Source: an uncultured virus (IMG/VR IMGVR_UViG_3300033487_000001) (Duplodnaviria; Heunggongvirae; Uroviricota; Caudoviricetes). From it: a stretch of DNA of 64,000 nucleotides. The position numbers and the translations under genes are program-made. The stretch lies in IMG/VR virus record IMGVR_UViG_3300033487_000001; one strand, given 5' to 3'. The notes under the pieces are model-generated. The model did not search any database. It was not told where the DNA came from and was given only the letters and a program-made list of their open reading frames with translations. Positions 61,645 through 64,000 of this stretch are shown here, in pieces. Position 1 is the first letter of the stretch, and each line of letters opens with the position of its first letter.

Positions 61645-62192
61645 GTTGAACCCGGCGCGGCAGACGCGGCGCAGTCGCGCGACTCTGAATCAGCGACCGC
61701 GCCAGCGTCACGCGCCCGCGCCAGCTCCTCGTACAGCGCCACGGCCAGCTCGATCATATCGTATCCGCGGGTCGCGCGCATGACGGCTTCGTACGCGGCT
61801 TCTGCGCGCGCGCCCGTCTTGTTGAGCTTCTCCCATGCGGCATAGCACCGGTCCGACAGGTCTGCGTTGGCCAGCATCTGCTCCCAGTAACACGTCTCGG
61901 CCACGGCCTCTGGCATGGTTTTGTCTGCCAGTGCCAGCGGATGCGGCGAACGAATGCTGCTGACGGCGAGATCTTGACCGTCGATGGACCAGTAGCAGCG
62001 ATAGATCGTGCCGGGCTTGTCGTCGCGCGACGGGGCCGGATGCGCGCACTCCTTGAGTGGTCTACGAAACAGGGCGGCCGAGACCTCGTGCATCTCATCC
62101 CATGCCGAATTCCGGTCTGCTTCGGCGCGAGCGCGCTCGTCCAAGGCCAGACGGACGCGGCGCAACATGGCTTCTGTGTCAGCATCTAGCAC
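61641..62192 (-). CDS. Hypothetical protein
   Basis: AGGAG SD; fits operon. Confidence 0.55.
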   Translation of the reverse strand: MLDADTEAMLRRVRLALDERARAEADRNSAWDEMHEVSAALFRRPLKECAHPAPSRDDKPGTIYRCYWSIDGQDLAVSSIRSPHPLALADKTMPEAVAETCYWEQMLANADLSDRCYAAWEKLNKTGARAEAAYEAVMRATRGYDMIELAVALYEELARARDAGAVADSESRDCAASAAPGST

Positions 62193-62469
62193 TTGGTTGC
62201 TCCTGCTCTCCGGGAGCGAGTTTTTTGCCGCTCACAAAACCGTCGCTGTTCTCGGTGATGTATACGCGGTCGCATCCGGCGAGCTCAGGAAACACAGCCA
62301 CGTCTTCGGCCTGAACCCGGAAGAACGCCACCGCGTTGCCGCCCTCGTCCTCCATCTCGTCGTCGGCAAACCCCAATTGCAACTGCTCATAGTAGTACGG
62401 AACCCACGTCTCGGATCCTTGGAACTTACCCAGGGACATGACGGCCATATCGTACTTTGCTCGGCTCAT
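62179..62469 (-). CDS. Hypothetical acidic protein
   Basis: GKFxGxxxxVPYYY motif; GGGAG SD. Confidence 0.6.
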   Translation of the reverse strand: MSRAKYDMAVMSLGKFQGSETWVPYYYEQLQLGFADDEMEDEGGNAVAFFRVQAEDVAVFPELAGCDRVYITENSDGFVSGKKLAPGEQEQPSARC

Positions 62470-62683
62470 GGTTTTTCATCTCCCGTCCGACGCCGTCGGC
62501 CTGCGCCGTCCATCCGAATACGTACCGCACCCTAGGCACTTCCATGCTAGTCCGCGCGCCTGTACCGCAAGCGCATCGCCGCCGCACCGACAACCTGCCA
62601 TTTCGATCTTGACGCAGGCGTCCGAAGCCTGCGTCACGTCCATGGATATACGCTGCCGCTGCCCGGCTACGGGCCGCACTTCC

Positions 62684-63076
62684 CTATTCCTCCAGCCGCT
62701 CCAGTGGAGCCAAGGCGATGCTCACCAGATACAGTTCCTCGCGCAGGATGCGAACTGATCGATTGAGCTGATGCCCGGTCATCCAGCATCGATCATACAA
62801 CTTGCCGCCGACGTCTTCGCGGCCGGTCACGGGCTTCGCGATGGCCTCGGCCCGCTCGATGATGTTGGTGGCCTCTTGGTTGTGGTCCGACCTCACATAC
62901 ATTTTGCCTGCCTTGGCCAGTTTCTCGCGCAGCTCCTCCCGCAGCGCGGGGATGACGATGTTGGCGATATCATCGAAGCTGATGTTCTCCGGCAGTTGCG
63001 CGTGAATCATGTACGCGCGGTCGTTGTCGTCGTACAGCCCCATCGGACCCTCCTTGGTTTGGTGCCCCGGTATCAC
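62684..63076 (-). CDS. Hypothetical protein
   Basis: Fits operon; alternative start 63043 has AAGGAGG SD. Confidence 0.6.
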   Translation of the reverse strand: MIPGHQTKEGPMGLYDDNDRAYMIHAQLPENISFDDIANIVIPALREELREKLAKAGKMYVRSDHNQEATNIIERAEAIAKPVTGREDVGGKLYDRCWMTGHQLNRSVRILREELYLVSIALAPLERLEE

Positions 63077-63948
63077 TCTGACGTGCCGCGCAGCTGGTTA
63101 TTCAGGTGTCGCTTGAACAGCTGAGCGGTATTCCGACCGATCGCCGCCCGCGCCGCCTTGCTGTCCACGATCTCTCCGCGCCCTTCTCGAAGCACGTCGT
63201 CGACCATCGCCGCGATCACATCGCGGGTCTGCTCGACGCCGACACCCGCCGGCATCTTGTCCAGGACGTGACGCAGCCGTTCCATGGTGACCCATTCGTC
63301 GGCGATGGCCACGGCGTCGTCCAGCACCGCTTGCTCGGCCGGATCTACGACCCGGCGCGGAGTCTTGGTCTCGCGCTCCTCGTCACGCTTGTGCTTCGCG
63401 ATGAGGCGCTCTCCGCTTGGTGACGGCGCCTCCGTCAGCGGACGCAGCACTACCCCCTCACGCGGCTTGTCGCCGACGACGCCATTGCGCCTCGCCTGCT
63501 CCGACGGAGCATCACGCTCGGCGTCCAGCGACGACAGCAGGGTACTAACGCGTCGGTACCACACGAATTCAAGTCCAAGCAGCTCCGCGGTGTATGCGGC
63601 GCTCGGAACGGAAAGCCAGTCGCCGTCGAGCATCACGTCGAACGCGACAAAGCGCAGGTCGGGACCATACCGCCACGACTGGGCCTGCTGCTTGCCGCCG
63701 TATGCCTCGCCATAGACCGTCGCCGCACAGTTGGGCGCGATGCGGCGGAATGCCGCCGTCAGGCGCTCCTGATCGAACAGAGCCGCGAACCGGTCGTGCT
63801 TCTCGCCGCCGGCGTGGAACGTCAGCCGGCCATTTTTCCAGCTGACACGCGCCGACGTGCCGTGGATCTTTTCGAGCGCGTAGCACTCCTCGTGCAGAAG
63901 GATGGCCTGGTTCTTGTACAGGTTGTCAATGTGCAGGTATCCCATCAT
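63073..63948 (-). CDS. RNA ligase (Rnl2-like nucleotidyltransferase)
   Basis: EKIHGT (motif I), YGE, FDV, EGVVLRP, AKHK. Confidence 0.85.
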   Translation of the reverse strand: MMGYLHIDNLYKNQAILLHEECYALEKIHGTSARVSWKNGRLTFHAGGEKHDRFAALFDQERLTAAFRRIAPNCAATVYGEAYGGKQQAQSWRYGPDLRFVAFDVMLDGDWLSVPSAAYTAELLGLEFVWYRRVSTLLSSLDAERDAPSEQARRNGVVGDKPREGVVLRPLTEAPSPSGERLIAKHKRDEERETKTPRRVVDPAEQAVLDDAVAIADEWVTMERLRHVLDKMPAGVGVEQTRDVIAAMVDDVLREGRGEIVDSKAARAAIGRNTAQLFKRHLNNQLRGTSE

Positions 63949-64000
63949 GTCACCTTTTTTCAGTCACCGCACCATGGACACGTATCCGCTTGGCATCGGC

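Larger units (their letters stand above)
1..64000. mobile_element. Fragment of a large dsDNA bacteriophage genome, possibly tailless and membrane-containing
   Basis: Overlapping start/stop codons, many small hypothetical ORFs, amidase plus holin-like genes, fibre genes, phage-type nucleotide metabolism, one tRNA, no host housekeeping operon. Confidence 0.9.

Noticed and set aside
1..64000. Stop-codon reassignment
   Set aside because: Recognisable enzymes are intact under the standard code and TAA, TAG and TGA all end genes.

Overview
The window is a gene-dense, GC-rich piece of a large bacterial DNA virus genome. I see no rRNA, no host housekeeping operon and no integration boundary. Five blocks can be read. 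(1) 0-13.8 kb, minus strand: accessory enzymes (cytosine MTase, three GNAT domains, dual-specificity phosphatase, Gp88-like, JAB/RadC, DUF5661+ParB-like), many carrying a basic R-x-N-P (RRNP) motif at their N-termini or between domains. (2) 13.8-16.7 kb: AT-rich divergent region, SF1 helicase and tRNA-Ile(UAU). (3) 16.7-31.3 kb, minus strand: lysis genes, a histone H1-like protein, three candidate capsid proteins, nine consecutive C-terminally membrane-anchored proteins, a transglutaminase-like Cys enzyme and a coiled-coil protein. (4) 31.4-44.5 kb, mostly plus strand: truncated RadA, a metzincin lipoprotein and six spike/fibre genes, including paralogous fibres and an SGNH esterase spike. (5) 44.7-64 kb, minus strand: dNMP kinase, DHFR, ThyA, metallophosphoesterase, SLOG, HAD, two DEDDh exonucleases, AAA ATPase, RNA ligase and many small ORFs. 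I recognise no terminase, portal, HK97 capsid, tail tube/sheath or packaging ATPase. The best candidate for a new system is a tailless, membrane-containing virus that tags modular effector cargo with R-x-N-P motifs, as a packaging and/or cleavage signal. Many of its genes also have a -10 box 6-7 nt before the start codon, implying leaderless mRNAs. All family calls are by eye from motifs; no searches were run.
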